A DNA stretch of 64,000 nucleotides from an uncultured delta proteobacterium (GCA_963755715.1 CAVWLW010000033.1:64001-128000), one strand, 5' to 3'; shown: positions 41,133 to 51,052, counted from the first letter of the stretch. Notes: generated from the sequence alone by a model not told the origin. Made by a program: numbers and translations.

Positions 41133-42616
41133 CGTTTTCTCCACTGTTCGGCGAGCTCGACCGCTTTCAGCATGGCGCGCGCTTTGTTGAGCGTCTCCTG
41201 GTATTCCATCTTCGGATCCGAGTCGGCGACGATCCCCGCGCCGGCAGTGATGAAAACTTTTTTGCCTTTCATCACGATAGTGCGAATCACGATGCAGGTG
41301 TCCAGATTGCCGTTGTAGCCGAAGTAACCGATGGCGCCGGCGTAAAGGCCGCGCTTTTGCGGCTCCAGTTCGCCGATAATTTGCATGGCACGGATCTTCG
41401 GCGCGCCGGAAACGGTGCCGGCGGGGAAAGCCGACACGAATAGATCGAATGGAGTTTGGTCCGCGGCCAATTTGCCGCGCACGTTGGAGACGATGTGAAT
41501 GACGTGCGAGTAACGTTCAATCGTCATCAGCTCGTTGACCTCGACGCTGCCGATCGCGGCGACCCGGCCGACGTCGTTGCGGCCGAGGTCGACCAGCATG
41601 ATGTGCTCGGCGCGCTCTTTGGGGTCGGCGAGCAGATCGGCTTCGAGCTCGCGCTCTTCTTCCGGGGTGGCGCCGCGGCGGCGTGTGCCGGCGATGGGGC
41701 GCAGCTCGATCGTATCGCCGGTGAGCCGAACCATCGTTTCGGGCGAGGAGCCGATGACCCGAAGATCCTCCAACTCCAGATAGAACATGTAGGGTGACGG
41801 ATTGATGAAACGCAAGGCGCGATAGATTTCAAACGGATCCGTCTTTGTTTCGGTTTCGAGTCTTTGGCTGAGCACGACTTGAATGACGTCGCCGGCCTTG
41901 ATGTACTCTTTGGCTTTCTCGACTGCGTCGACAAAACCCCGCTCGGTCAAATTCGAGCGAAATTTTCGGTCGCCTTTGTTTTGCGTGAGATCCCTTGGCT
42001 CGATGCCACGGGGTTTTTTCTGCAAACTCGAGATGACTTTATGAATCCGCTTGACCGCGGCGTCATAAGCCCGGCGCAGATCGGTTCGTTCGTTTAGCTG
42101 AACGTTATCGATCACCTTGATCGTGTGTTTCAAATTGTCGAAGGCGACCAGCGTCTGGACGAAAACGAAAAAAATCTCCGGCATGCCGAGCGGCTCTTTT
42201 TTATCGTTGGCGATCTCGTGGAACTGTTCGACGGCATCGTAAGAAACATAACCCAGCGCTCCGCCGAAGAAAGGCGGAACGCCGGCGACCGTGACCGGTC
42301 GGCATCCGCGCAACAGCTCCTCGAGGATGGCTAACGGCGCCTGGGAGCGAAGTTTTTGTGACTTGCCGGCTTCGATGATTTCCACTTCGGCGCCGCGCGC
42401 CTTGAAGATCTTGTACGGACGAGTGCCAAGGAATGAATAACGGGCCCAACGCTCGCTCCCTTCCACGCTCTCAAGCAAGAATGAATAGCGGTCGCGCTCC
42501 AGGCGCTTGAAAAAAGATAACGGCGTCTCGAGATCCATCAGCAACTCTTCATACAAGGGAATCAAGTTGCCTTGCTTGGCGAGAGCGCAAAATCCTTTGT
42601 AGCTTGGCTGAATCAT
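41129..42616 (-). CDS. trpE: Anthranilate synthase component I
   Basis: FLLESVEG (Trp feedback motif), NPSPYM, GSSPE, KERAEHIMLVDLGRND, FPAGTVSGAPK. Confidence 0.95.
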   Translation of the reverse strand: MIQPSYKGFCALAKQGNLIPLYEELLMDLETPLSFFKRLERDRYSFLLESVEGSERWARYSFLGTRPYKIFKARGAEVEIIEAGKSQKLRSQAPLAILEELLRGCRPVTVAGVPPFFGGALGYVSYDAVEQFHEIANDKKEPLGMPEIFFVFVQTLVAFDNLKHTIKVIDNVQLNERTDLRRAYDAAVKRIHKVISSLQKKPRGIEPRDLTQNKGDRKFRSNLTERGFVDAVEKAKEYIKAGDVIQVVLSQRLETETKTDPFEIYRALRFINPSPYMFYLELEDLRVIGSSPETMVRLTGDTIELRPIAGTRRRGATPEEERELEADLLADPKERAEHIMLVDLGRNDVGRVAAIGSVEVNELMTIERYSHVIHIVSNVRGKLAADQTPFDLFVSAFPAGTVSGAPKIRAMQIIGELEPQKRGLYAGAIGYFGYNGNLDTCIVIRTIVMKGKKVFITAGAGIVADSDPKMEYQETLNKARAMLKAVELAEQWRKR

Positions 42617-42621
42617 TTCGT

Positions 42622-42660
42622 AAAAAACAAAAAGGGCCATAGGTTTTCCACCTATGGCCC
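42622..42660 (-). terminator. trp attenuator terminator
   Basis: GGGCCATAGG-TGGAAAA-CCTATGGCCC (10-bp stem) followed by TTTTTGTTTTTT immediately before the trpE ATG. Confidence 0.85.
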
Positions 42661-42686
42661 CGGTATAATCAAGTTTTTATGTGGAA

Positions 42687-42764
42687 TTAGCCATGGCGGA
42701 GACGCTTCGTCACTGGCAAGCGCCACCAACCCGTGTTTGTCCGTATCGCTCCTGACCGTATCAT
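42687..42764 (-). CDS. trpL: trp leader peptide, 25 aa
   Basis: MIRSGAIRTNTGWWRLPVTKRLRHG* with tandem TGG TGG just upstream of the terminator. Confidence 0.75.
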   Translation of the reverse strand: MIRSGAIRTNTGWWRLPVTKRLRHG

Positions 42765-43118
42765 AACGGCCCTATACTGCCGTATTGTGTTTTGCGGGTC
42801 AAGTATATGGCGGCAATTCGCCGCGCCGGGGCGAGCATATTCGCACGGCTTCATACGTGCGCTCGCAACGCGTCGGATTTTTACGTACTGGCGAGATCTT
42901 GGCCTAGAGTCTGTAGAGTCTGAGGAGCCGCCGTTCATCAGGTCAGCGCTTTTGCCGCAGAAAAACGCAATATATATCTGGCTGTCAAAACGTCCCTGGC
43001 TTGCTCGTCGCGCCATTTGACAACGCCCGTGGGTTAGCTTAAAACGCCTTTTTGGAACTGCCACGCCGTCATTCGGTATTGGTATCGTTTCGCTTTAAAA
43101 TTTTGTCGAGGGGGAAAC

Positions 43119-43898
43119 ATGGTTCGCCGGGAAAAATCCAATTACGTTATTCAATCGGTTTCGCATGCTCTCGACGTGTTGGAGCAGTTTAACGGCACGG
43201 TCGACGAAATCGGCGTAACTGAACTTAGCAAACGACTTAAATTGCACAAAAACAACGTTTTTCGTTTGCTCGCGACCCTCGAAGCGCGCGGTTACATCGA
43301 ACAAAATAAGTTGAGTGAAAATTATCGGCTGGGATTACGCTGTCTTCAACTTGGGCAGACCTTTATTCATCAAATGGGCTTATTACTGCAATCGCGGGCG
43401 ATTCTTGAAGATTTATCGAAGGCGAGCAAGGAGAGCGCCTATGTCGCGATTCGCAAGGGGAGTGCGATTATTCCGCTTGATTTCGTCGAGCCAGCGAGGT
43501 CGGTGCGCGTGGTTTCGTTTTTGGGGACTGTCCTACCATCGCATTGCACCGCGGCAGGCAAGGTCCATCTGGTGTTTGGAATGGACGGCACGGCTGGTCA
43601 GGATTTGCCGGAGCGCTTGGAACGCTACACCGAAAAAACGATCGTCGATCGAAATATGTTGCGCGAGGACATGAGCCGAATCGGCGAATCCGGCTACGCG
43701 GTAGAACGCGGCGAATTCGCCGAAGACGTCAATGCGATCGCCGTGCCGATCCGCGACTACACTCGCTCGCTCGTCGGCACGATGGCGGTCGTGGGCCCGG
43801 GTTACCGGCTGACGGATGAAACGATTCATGAGGACATTGCGCCTTTGCTGTTAAGAGCCGGCACCGATCTTTCCAAACGGCTGGGATTTCCCGGCTAA
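43119..43898 (+). CDS. IclR family transcriptional regulator
   Basis: IQSVSHALDVLE, GVTELSKRLKLHKNNVFRLLATLEARGY, HCTAAGK. Confidence 0.92.
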   Translation: MVRREKSNYVIQSVSHALDVLEQFNGTVDEIGVTELSKRLKLHKNNVFRLLATLEARGYIEQNKLSENYRLGLRCLQLGQTFIHQMGLLLQSRAILEDLSKASKESAYVAIRKGSAIIPLDFVEPARSVRVVSFLGTVLPSHCTAAGKVHLVFGMDGTAGQDLPERLERYTEKTIVDRNMLREDMSRIGESGYAVERGEFAEDVNAIAVPIRDYTRSLVGTMAVVGPGYRLTDETIHEDIAPLLLRAGTDLSKRLGFPG

Positions 43899-43936
43899 GC
43901 TTAAAGTGACCTATTACAAACCGCGTAGATGGACGG

Positions 43937-43975
43937 CCCGCGTCGGATTTTAATGCGGCGCGGGACTTGTCTTTT
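43937..43975 (+). terminator. Possible intrinsic terminator after IclR
   Basis: CCCGCGTCG...CGGCGCGGG stem followed by ACTTGTCTTTT. Confidence 0.45.
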
Positions 43976-44122
43976 CAACGATTCAACGAAGATAGAATTC
44001 TGTAAAGCACAGTCGGCGGCGGCGTCAGAAGCCGCTGTGCCGCTCCATGCTGCGCCGACGATTTTTGACCGCAGCTCAAAATAGCAATAAGAAGGGAGTG
44101 AACGGAGGTCCATGCGACCGCT

Positions 44123-46120
44123 ATGCTAACCACCATCGAGAAAATACTTTTTATCCTCCTCGCCCTCGGCTCTCTTTACTACGGCGGCAGCAAGTTTTAC
44201 TTGGTTTACCGGGCGATTGCGCGCGGCAAGCCCGATGAGCGTTTCGATGACCTCGCAGGACGCATCCAACGGGCGATTTGGATCGTGCTGACGCAGCAAT
44301 CGGTTTTTAAAAAGCGGCCGATGGTTTCGTTGCTGCACGCGTTTGTCTTCTACGGCTTTGTTTTTTATTTTCTCGTCAACCTGGTCGACGTGCTCGAGGG
44401 GTTCTTTGCCATTCATGCCCGAGGTGGGGCGTGGAATCTCTTCAATCTCGCCGCCGATATTTTTACCGCGAGTGTTTTGATCGGAATCACCGGTTTGATA
44501 CTGCGCCGCTTGTTCGTGCAGCCCAAGGATTTTGAATTTCCAGCCAATGTTCCGGTGCAGCCGGAAGTGCGCAAGGGAATCTTTCGCGATTCCACACTGG
44601 TTGCGGGTTTCATTATCTTTCATGTCGGCTGCCGGCTATTGTTCAGGGCGACGCACCTGGCGCTCGAAGGATGGGATTCCTACCAGCCGGTGAGTTCGGC
44701 ATTTAGCGCCGCCTTTGCCGGACTCGCGCCCGGCGGGCAGGAATTATTAAATCACTTCTTTTGGTGGGGCGCCTTGGGATCGATTCTTTTGTTCATCCCG
44801 TACTTTCCGCGCTCCAAACATATTCATATTTTTCTCGCGCCGGTGAAGCTGGCGTTGAAAAAAGATAAGCCCGGAGCTCTGCAGCCGATGGACTTCGAAA
44901 AGGAGGAAGTCTTCGGCGCGGTCAAGCTCGAGGATTTTACTTGGCCCCGACTTTTGGATTCCTACAGTTGCATCATGTGCAATCGGTGTCAGGACGTTTG
45001 CCCGGCGACGAACACCGGCAAGGCGCTCAGTCCCGCGGCGATTTTGATCAACGAGCGTTATGAGCTGAACAAAATTCTGCCCGGCTTTTCGGCCGGACAG
45101 GAGAGCCCGCGGCCGCTGCTCGACTTCGCGTTGAACGCCGAAGCGGCGTGGGCTTGCACGACCTGCAATGCCTGCATCGAAGTTTGCCCGGTGGGCAATG
45201 AGCAAATGCTGCACATTATCGACGTGCGGCGCGAGCGCGTGCTCACGGCGGCGGAGTTTCCCAAAGGACTGCAAAACACGTTCAACCACATGGAGCGAGC
45301 CGGCAATCCTTTTGGCATGGCAGCCGAGGAACGGCTTGCCTGGGCAAAAGATTTGCCGTTTGCGGTGCCGACGTTGGAGCAAAAGGCCGAGCCGGAAATT
45401 CTCTACTGGGTCGGCTGCGCGGTGGCCTTCGATCCGCGCGCGCAAAAAATCGCGCGCAGCATGGCCGCGATCTTGAATGCCGCCGGGATAGATTGGGCGG
45501 TGATCGGGAAAGAGGAAAAATGCACCGGCGACACCGCGCGGCGCACCGGTAATGAGTATCTCTTCGCCCAGATGGCCGAAGAAAACGTCAACGTGCTGAA
45601 TGAAATCAAGCCGAAAACGATAGTGACGACTTGTCCGCACTGCTTTCATACCATTGCCAACGAGTACCCTCAGTTCGGCGGTAAGTTCGTTGTCAAGCAT
45701 CATACCGAGTTCATCGACGAATTGATTCGCGCCGGACGGCTCAAGCTTGAAAGCGTTGGCGACGGCTCAGTCACCTATCACGATCCGTGCTATCTCGGGC
45801 GGCATAACGGCATCTTCGATCAGCCTCGCGCGCTGATCCAGTCGACGGGAGCAAGATTGACGGAACCCGTCCGGAATCGGAGCAATAGCTTTTGCTGCGG
45901 CGCCGGCGGCGGCCAATTCTGGAAGGAAGAGGAAAAAGGAAGAGAACGAGTGAGCACCAACCGCTACCGCGAGCTGAAGCAGACGGGGGCGCAGACGGTC
46001 GCCACGGGTTGTCCGTTCTGCATGCGCATGATCACTGAAGAAACCGCCAAAGAAGAGCCGGAAAGCGCCATGCAAGTTTTCGATGTTGCCGAGCTGGTCG
46101 CGGCAAGGCTGCAAAAATAA
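44123..46120 (+). CDS. Membrane-bound Fe-S oxidoreductase (FadF/HdrD/GlpC-like, CCG domains)
   Basis: N-terminal TM domain, CIMCNRCQDVCP, CTTCNACIEVCP, TTCPHC, YHDPCYLGRHN, FCCGAGGG. Confidence 0.9.
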   Translation: MLTTIEKILFILLALGSLYYGGSKFYLVYRAIARGKPDERFDDLAGRIQRAIWIVLTQQSVFKKRPMVSLLHAFVFYGFVFYFLVNLVDVLEGFFAIHARGGAWNLFNLAADIFTASVLIGITGLILRRLFVQPKDFEFPANVPVQPEVRKGIFRDSTLVAGFIIFHVGCRLLFRATHLALEGWDSYQPVSSAFSAAFAGLAPGGQELLNHFFWWGALGSILLFIPYFPRSKHIHIFLAPVKLALKKDKPGALQPMDFEKEEVFGAVKLEDFTWPRLLDSYSCIMCNRCQDVCPATNTGKALSPAAILINERYELNKILPGFSAGQESPRPLLDFALNAEAAWACTTCNACIEVCPVGNEQMLHIIDVRRERVLTAAEFPKGLQNTFNHMERAGNPFGMAAEERLAWAKDLPFAVPTLEQKAEPEILYWVGCAVAFDPRAQKIARSMAAILNAAGIDWAVIGKEEKCTGDTARRTGNEYLFAQMAEENVNVLNEIKPKTIVTTCPHCFHTIANEYPQFGGKFVVKHHTEFIDELIRAGRLKLESVGDGSVTYHDPCYLGRHNGIFDQPRALIQSTGARLTEPVRNRSNSFCCGAGGGQFWKEEEKGRERVSTNRYRELKQTGAQTVATGCPFCMRMITEETAKEEPESAMQVFDVAELVAARLQK

Positions 46121-46121
46121 T

Positions 46122-46586
46122 ATGCGCCGAAGCTACGCCTATTTTTTTGCCTTAGGCGTCGCGTTGCTGCATGGCGCCAGCGCTTGCCGAGCAGACCCGA
46201 GAGTGACGATTTCGACCCGGCAACGGGGGGATGTGGCTTTTCAGGTTGAGATCGCCGATTCGCCGGCGAAACGAGAGCTGGGTTTGCAATACCGTCGAGA
46301 TCTTGCTTCAGACCGCGGCATGATCTTTTTGTTTTCGGAGGAGTCGCGGCAGACCTTTTGGATGAAAAACACGCCGATTCCTTTGGACATGATTTTTATC
46401 GGCCGCGATATGAAAGTCGTCGGTATCGTGGCACAGACGATACCGTTTTCCCTCGACCCGCGCTCCGTTGACGCGCCGAGCCAGTATGTGCTGGAAATCA
46501 ACGGCGGCTTGGCGGAACGCCACGGTATCCAAACAGGCGACAGAGTTCGTTTTGATTCGATCCCGACTCAAGGTGGGCGGGAATAA
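46122..46586 (+). CDS. DUF192 family protein
   Basis: EIADSPAKRELGLQYR, FWMKNTPIPLDMIFI, YVLEINGG. Confidence 0.9.
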   Translation: MRRSYAYFFALGVALLHGASACRADPRVTISTRQRGDVAFQVEIADSPAKRELGLQYRRDLASDRGMIFLFSEESRQTFWMKNTPIPLDMIFIGRDMKVVGIVAQTIPFSLDPRSVDAPSQYVLEINGGLAERHGIQTGDRVRFDSIPTQGGRE

Positions 46587-46620
46587 AAAAGGGACCCAGC
46601 GCGCGCGGCTCTGGATCCCT
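46585..46620 (-). terminator. Intrinsic terminator for the GAPDH-like gene
   Basis: Minus strand AGGGATCCAG...CTGGGTCCCTTTTTT. Confidence 0.6.
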
Positions 46621-46641
46621 GGAACGACTCAAGATGTGCTT

Positions 46642-47709
46642 TTAGATCTCGCTGAAGAAGTAAGGCCTTACCGGCGCGAGCTTCTCTTCGTAAGAATCCG
46701 GATACATAAACCATAGCGTCGCGGCGATGCTGCTGAGAAGCGAATTGCCGTCCTGGGGCGTGAAGCAGGTGCCGACGATCTCCTTGTCGCCGCGCATCGC
46801 CAGGCTTTGCGTCACAATCACGGTTTGGTTGAGGATCCTGCCGAACATGCCGTGGTCGCGCCCGAACGAGAACACGGACGCCGATGACTTTTTATTGGTC
46901 AGGGCAACGCGCAGATTCGCCCGCAGCCGGCGCATCAATTCATCTTTGCTGATTCCTCTGCGCAGTTTGAGATTGAAGTGAATGGTGTGCATGTATTGCG
47001 TATTCAGCTTGAGAGCCGAAGAATAAACATCGAGATCCAAGCCGAGAGTTTTGAACAGATAGTGGGCGTCACGGCCCTGGTGGGTGCCGAACTTCGGATC
47101 GTCGTGTTTACCGGCTTCGGGAGCCGGAATGAAATCGCCTTCTTGGCTTAGATCATTGGCGCGGCGCATGCAGACAAAACGGCTTTCCGCCAAGTTGTCT
47201 TCTTTTTCCGGACCCAAGGCGATGGTGTCGATCAACACGGCGAGATTGTGCGTATTGCAACTGACCACCTGGATGAATTGATCCTTGCCTCTTTCGAGCG
47301 CCTTGTCATTGATGCCGCGGGCGTATTTTTTCCCGAAGCCGTCTTCGCTGCCCTGGGCAATGAAGCCACGGCCATTGCTTGCATATTTGTTGTAAAGTTT
47401 TTCCTTGTTCTCATTGCCAACGGGCGTGCAGTCGATGATCACGCTGGCGCGCTCGATCGCCTCTTCCGCCTCAAGGCTGGGATGCATGCCCATCTCGACG
47501 AATTTTTGCCAACGATCTTTGTCAACGGCGAGCTTTGCGCCTTGTTTGCAAGAGACTGTGACCTTGGACCGGTCGGTCACCAGCGGCGTGCGCTTGTGAA
47601 AGGTGATTTCATCGATGCCAAACTGCTCTTTGAAAGTAGAGAGAATGCCGATAAGCGGTTCGCCGATGGTTCCGGTGCCGACGATATGAACAATTTTTTG
47701 TTGTGCCAT
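46642..47709 (-). CDS. Archaeal (type II)-like glyceraldehyde-3-phosphate dehydrogenase homolog
   Basis: IVGTGTIG Rossmann motif, IDCTP, AQGSE, VVSCNTH catalytic Cys, RRAND, MHTIHF. Confidence 0.7.
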   Translation of the reverse strand: MAQQKIVHIVGTGTIGEPLIGILSTFKEQFGIDEITFHKRTPLVTDRSKVTVSCKQGAKLAVDKDRWQKFVEMGMHPSLEAEEAIERASVIIDCTPVGNENKEKLYNKYASNGRGFIAQGSEDGFGKKYARGINDKALERGKDQFIQVVSCNTHNLAVLIDTIALGPEKEDNLAESRFVCMRRANDLSQEGDFIPAPEAGKHDDPKFGTHQGRDAHYLFKTLGLDLDVYSSALKLNTQYMHTIHFNLKLRRGISKDELMRRLRANLRVALTNKKSSASVFSFGRDHGMFGRILNQTVIVTQSLAMRGDKEIVGTCFTPQDGNSLLSSIAATLWFMYPDSYEEKLAPVRPYFFSEI

Positions 47710-47872
47710 TGGTCCTCCGCCCCGTCATTTCGATAGGCGGATACTAGCCCAAGAGCGGCGGGCGATCAATAGATTTTAGCGCACTTCGATGCGCTTGAAC
47801 GGCACTCGGATGAGCGAGAAAGAGCTTAATCCGCCGGCGCTTATGTGGTAGAACTTTTTTGGAGGAAACCAT

Positions 47873-49318
47873 ATGGCAACAGCAAATTTGCCGACGGCAT
47901 TTTTTGGCGACAATTTCGGCGTAAAGAACAGTGATCTGGAAAAAGTTCTCGACACCGCTTTGGCGAAAAAAGCGGACTATGCCGATCTTTATTTCGAGTA
48001 TCGGCAAAACGAGGGCGTCAGTCTGGAAGAAGGGATGGTCAAAAACTGCTCCCAGTCGATCGCCAATGGCGTCGGCGTGCGCGTGCTCGCCGATGCGAAG
48101 ACCGGCTACGCTTACACCGACGATATTACCATAAAAAATTTGGAGCTGGCGGCGCGCACGGCACATTACATCGCGCAAAACCGCCCTTCTCCCATGCCCG
48201 TGCCGGTCGGCCAGCAACGCGGAGAAGCGCATAATCTCTATCCCGTTAAGACTCCGGTCAATGACGTTGACCTGGAGAAAAAAGTCGAGCTGCTCTACGA
48301 AATCGATAAATTTGCGCACGGCCTCGATCCACGGGTGAAAAATGTCTTTGTGTCCCTCGGCAGCGAATATAAGGTTATCTTGGTGGCGTCATCCCAAGGG
48401 CTGGTCGTCGGCGATATCCAGCCGCTGACCCGGCTCAATGTCACCTGCATCGCCGAAGAGAACGGCAACCGGCAGATCGGCAGTTTTGGCGGCGGCGGGC
48501 GGGTGGAGTTCGGTTTTTTTGTCGACAACCAGGATTGGCAGCGCTACGCCAGCGAAGCGGTGCGCCAGGCGATTTTGAACTTGACCGCTACCGACGCGCC
48601 GGCCGGCACTATGGATGTCGTTCTCGGTTCGGGCTGGCCGGGGATTCTCCTGCACGAAGCGATCGGCCATGGCCTCGAAGGTGATTTTAACCGCAAGAAG
48701 ACGTCCGCTTTTACCGATCGCATCGGCCGGCGAGTCGGATCGGAATTGTGCACGGTCGTCGACGACGGCACCATCCCGTCGCGCCGGGGCTCGATCAACA
48801 TCGACGACGAGGGCACGGCAACGCATCGCACGGTGCTGATCGAAAACGGTATTCTCAAAGGCTATTTGCAGGACAAGCTCAACGCCGGTCTGATGAAGAT
48901 GGCGCTGACGGGCAACGGCCGGCGCGAGAGTTATGCGCATATTCCGATGCCGCGCATGACCAATACGTTTATGCTCGCCGGCGACTCGGCGCCCGAAGAC
49001 ATCATCCGCTCGGTCAAAAAGGGGCTTTACGCGGTTTCCTTCGGCGGCGGTCAAGTCGATATCACGAGCGGCAAGTTTGTTTTTTCCGCCAGTGAAGCTT
49101 ACCTAATCGAAGACGGTAAAGTGACCGAGCCCGTGAAGGGCGCAACACTGATCGGCAACGGTCCCGATGTTCTGACCCGTGTCTCGATGGTCGGCTCGGA
49201 TCTAAAACTCGACGAAGGCGTCGGCACCTGCGGCAAAGATGGCCAATCAGTACCCGTCGGCGTGGGCTTGCCGACGATCAAGATCGACGGGCTGACGGTG
49301 GGTGGAACGAGAGCGTAG
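47873..49318 (+). CDS. tldD: Metalloprotease TldD
   Basis: GWPGILLHEAIGHGLEGDFNRK, PMPRMTNT, GTCGKDGQSVPVGVG. Confidence 0.95.
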   Translation: MATANLPTAFFGDNFGVKNSDLEKVLDTALAKKADYADLYFEYRQNEGVSLEEGMVKNCSQSIANGVGVRVLADAKTGYAYTDDITIKNLELAARTAHYIAQNRPSPMPVPVGQQRGEAHNLYPVKTPVNDVDLEKKVELLYEIDKFAHGLDPRVKNVFVSLGSEYKVILVASSQGLVVGDIQPLTRLNVTCIAEENGNRQIGSFGGGGRVEFGFFVDNQDWQRYASEAVRQAILNLTATDAPAGTMDVVLGSGWPGILLHEAIGHGLEGDFNRKKTSAFTDRIGRRVGSELCTVVDDGTIPSRRGSINIDDEGTATHRTVLIENGILKGYLQDKLNAGLMKMALTGNGRRESYAHIPMPRMTNTFMLAGDSAPEDIIRSVKKGLYAVSFGGGQVDITSGKFVFSASEAYLIEDGKVTEPVKGATLIGNGPDVLTRVSMVGSDLKLDEGVGTCGKDGQSVPVGVGLPTIKIDGLTVGGTRA

Positions 49319-49325
49319 TAAAAGT

Positions 49326-49388
49326 AGGTTCAAGCCGTTCAAAAGGTGTCGGAGGTTTGAGTTCGGTAGAACGACTTGAACCTTTTGC
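49326..49388. repeat. REP-like GTTCAA/TTGAAC inverted repeat
   Basis: AGGTTCAAGCCGTTC...GAACGACTTGAACCT; same motif as at 33302. Confidence 0.6.
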
Positions 49389-49403
49389 GATTACGGGGAA
49401 CTT

Positions 49404-50759
49404 ATGGAACGTTTCGAATTAAGCCAGGAACTGGGCCGGGAGATATTGGACACGGCCAAAGCCAAGGGCGCCTCGCAGGGCGACGTCGTAATGGCGGAGA
49501 GCGATTCGTTCTTTGTCACGGTGCGCATGGGCGAAGTCGAGAAGATCAGCCAGGCGGGCGAGAAGCGTTTAGGCTTGCGGCTGTTTTTCGGCAATAGCTC
49601 GGCATCGGCGTCGACCTCGGACATTTCGCGGAAATCGATCGAGAAGCTGGTCGACGACACTGCCCGCATGGCCCGAGTCACCGCGCAAGATCCGCATGGC
49701 GGCTTGCCCGAAGCCGCCGATCTTGCGCGCGAGCTGCCGCAATTGGATTTGCTCGACGAGCCGGCGCGAGCGGTTTCGGTGGATGAGAAAATTCAAATCG
49801 CGCTCGATACGGAGAACGGAGCGTTGACTTACGATGCGCGGATTACCAATTCCGAGGGCGCCGAGTTTTCCAACCAATTCGGCCGGGTGATTTACGCCAG
49901 CAGTCACGGCTTTGCCGGCGAATACGCCGGGTCGACATTCGGCTACTCCGTCTCGCCCGTGGCTTCGCAGAACGGTTCGATGCAGCGCGATTATTGGTAT
50001 TCGTCGAATCGCAAGTTCGCCAAGCTGGAATCGCCCAAAAGCGTCGGCGCTCGGGCCGCCCAACGGGTGTTGCGCCGTCTCGGCGCGCGCAAAGTCAAAA
50101 CCTGTGAGGTGCCGGTTGTCTTCGATCCCGAAATGGCGGCCTCGTTGATGCGCAACTTGGCGTCCGCATTATCGGGCTACGCCTTGTACAAAGGCGCTTC
50201 GTTTTTGATCGACAAACTTGGCACGAAGATCGGCTCCGAGCTGCTCACGGTGATCGACGATGGGACGATTCCCGGCGCACTCGGCTCGCGCCCGTTCGAC
50301 GGCGAAGGACTGCCGACGCGAAAAAAAACTGTCGTTGAACAGGGTGAGTTGCAAAGCTATCTGCTCGATACCTACAGCGGCAAAAAACTCGGCATGAAAT
50401 CAACCGGCAACGCGTCTCGTTCCGTCGGTGAAGCGCCGGGCGTTTCGCCGGCGAATTTCTATCTGGCGTCCGGCAAAGATTCGCCGGAGAAGATTATTAA
50501 ATCGGTTAAAGCCGGCTTGTACGTGACCGAGATGATCGGCTTTGGCGTCAACATGGTGACCGGCGATTACTCGCGCGGCGCGGCCGGGTTGTGGATCGAA
50601 AACGGCGAGTTCGCTTTTCCTGTCGAAGAGATCACGATCGCCGGCAACCTCAAAGAGATGTTGCAAAACATCGAGATGGTCGGTGACGATCTCGAAATGC
50701 GCGGCCGGATCGCCTCGCCGACGATTAAAATTTCCCGGATGACCGTGGCGGGCGACTGA
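49404..50759 (+). CDS. pmbA: PmbA/TldE
   Basis: SRPFDGEG, STGNA, GVNMVTGDYSRGAAG, VEEITIAGNL; follows tldD. Confidence 0.92.
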   Translation: MERFELSQELGREILDTAKAKGASQGDVVMAESDSFFVTVRMGEVEKISQAGEKRLGLRLFFGNSSASASTSDISRKSIEKLVDDTARMARVTAQDPHGGLPEAADLARELPQLDLLDEPARAVSVDEKIQIALDTENGALTYDARITNSEGAEFSNQFGRVIYASSHGFAGEYAGSTFGYSVSPVASQNGSMQRDYWYSSNRKFAKLESPKSVGARAAQRVLRRLGARKVKTCEVPVVFDPEMAASLMRNLASALSGYALYKGASFLIDKLGTKIGSELLTVIDDGTIPGALGSRPFDGEGLPTRKKTVVEQGELQSYLLDTYSGKKLGMKSTGNASRSVGEAPGVSPANFYLASGKDSPEKIIKSVKAGLYVTEMIGFGVNMVTGDYSRGAAGLWIENGEFAFPVEEITIAGNLKEMLQNIEMVGDDLEMRGRIASPTIKISRMTVAGD

Positions 50760-50765
50760 AAATTC

Positions 50766-50831
50766 ACGAGGATCGAAGATGGAGGATCGAGGATCAGGTT
50801 TCCATCCTCCATTCTCGATCTTCTATCCTCG
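50766..50831. repeat. REP-like (GAGGATC)n inverted repeat
   Basis: CGAGGATCGAAGATGGAGGATCGAGGAT...ATCCTCCATTCTCGATCTTCTATCCTCG. Confidence 0.65.
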
Positions 50832-50842
50832 CTGCCGAATCC

Positions 50843-51052
50843 CTAGAGCACCTGAAATCCTGCCTTCAACGCCGCGCGTAAAAAATCATCGATATGGGAT
50901 TGGCTCGGATCGAATTCGAGCACCGCGACGCTGCGCTCCAGGCTAAAATCGATCTTTTCGACGCCGGCGAGAACTTGAAACGCTTGGCGCAAGGTCGGCA
51001 GATCTTCATTCTTGAGATTGGCGATCGAGAGGATGGCGGTTTTTGTGCGCAT
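50843..51052 (-). CDS. HMA-like small protein lacking CxxC
   Basis: 69 aa with AGGAG RBS; LAGVEKIDFSLERSVAVLEFDP...AALKAGFQV. Confidence 0.6.
   Translation of the reverse strand: MRTKTAILSIANLKNEDLPTLRQAFQVLAGVEKIDFSLERSVAVLEFDPSQSHIDDFLRAALKAGFQVL

Noticed and set aside
42765-43064. 125-aa ORF upstream of trpE as a real protein
   Set aside because: Only the last 25 codons (trpL) are supported; the rest spans the divergent promoter region.
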